Positions 63,893 through 64,000 of a stretch of DNA of 64,000 nt are shown piece after piece. The DNA comes from Robbsia sp. KACC 23696 (GTDB lineage: Bacteria; Pseudomonadota; Gammaproteobacteria; Burkholderiales; Burkholderiaceae). Position 1 is the stretch's first letter. Every line of letters starts with the position of its first letter. The position numbers and the translations under genes were made by a program. Below the pieces are notes generated by a model, which did no database searches, was not told the origin of the DNA, and saw nothing but the letters and a program-made list of their open reading frames with translations. The DNA lies in NCBI RefSeq assembly GCF_039852015.1, contig NZ_CP156626.1:1024249-1088248 (forward strand). The letters run 5' to 3'.

Positions 63893-64000
63893 GAAGTTGA
63901 TTCCAAAAACGCATTACCTGCCGATTTTATCGTGCTTTACGTCGGCGCCGTAGAGGCCAATAATCAGTTCACATGGGTAGGAAAGAAAAGGAGGAGAACA

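Overview
This is a high-GC (~63-66%) segment of what looks like a Burkholderiaceae (beta-proteobacterial) chromosome, densely packed with core housekeeping genes on both strands, plus one accessory insertion at ~32.6-42.0 kb.

Core gene content, in order:
- gltIJKL glutamate/aspartate ABC transporter; gltI is 5'-truncated by the window edge.
- A 47-aa lipoprotein-like small ORF (not in the ORF track) and an Ala/Lys-rich tail-anchored protein.
- A YafJ-type class-II glutamine amidotransferase.
- pyrC, rnpB (RNase P RNA, recognised from its conserved P4 motifs and a matching P1 stem), osmC.
- rplM-rpsI-erpA, anmK, tyrS, ruvBAC-purH, fis-dusB, ubiH-family-pepP, amgK-murU.
- lptD-surA-pdxA-rsmA, an SPFH protein, gloA, ygjP-like, plsC-gmhB-glyS-glyQ.
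- lnt-corC-(chaC)-ybeY-ybeZ-miaB, a ferritin-like diiron gene pair, a DEAD-box helicase.
- A LuxR-type regulator with an aldehyde dehydrogenase, a CheY-like single-domain response regulator, and a LysR regulator.

The accessory insertion (~32.6-42.0 kb):
- It lies between the SPFH gene and the ygjP-like gene; gloA sits inside it on the opposite strand.
- It is preceded by two tandem degenerate tRNA-like elements and an AT-rich, low-GC3 tract.
- It carries a BAHT/TibC-family autotransporter heptosyltransferase with the diagnostic C-x2-C-x15-C-x11-C iron-finger spacing and a unique ~80-aa N-terminal extension.
- Immediately downstream is a 2074-aa AIDA-I/TibA-like autotransporter built from many tens (~70-85) of 19-residue S/G/T/V-rich repeats, ending in a canonical beta-barrel translocator.
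- I consider this heptosyltransferase-adhesin pair the most interesting system in the window. It appears to be uncharacterised in this lineage.

Other notable signals:
- A promoter/terminator-delimited candidate sRNA (~145 nt) with a CU-rich anti-SD seed in the long osmC-rplM intergenic region.
- A terminator-like attenuator hairpin 13 nt upstream of the rplM start.
- A possible MiaE-like diiron hydroxylase divergent from miaB.
- Triple ATTGGCAAC direct repeats upstream of the LuxR-type regulator.

Many long antisense ORFs in the six-frame track are high-GC artefacts and were rejected.
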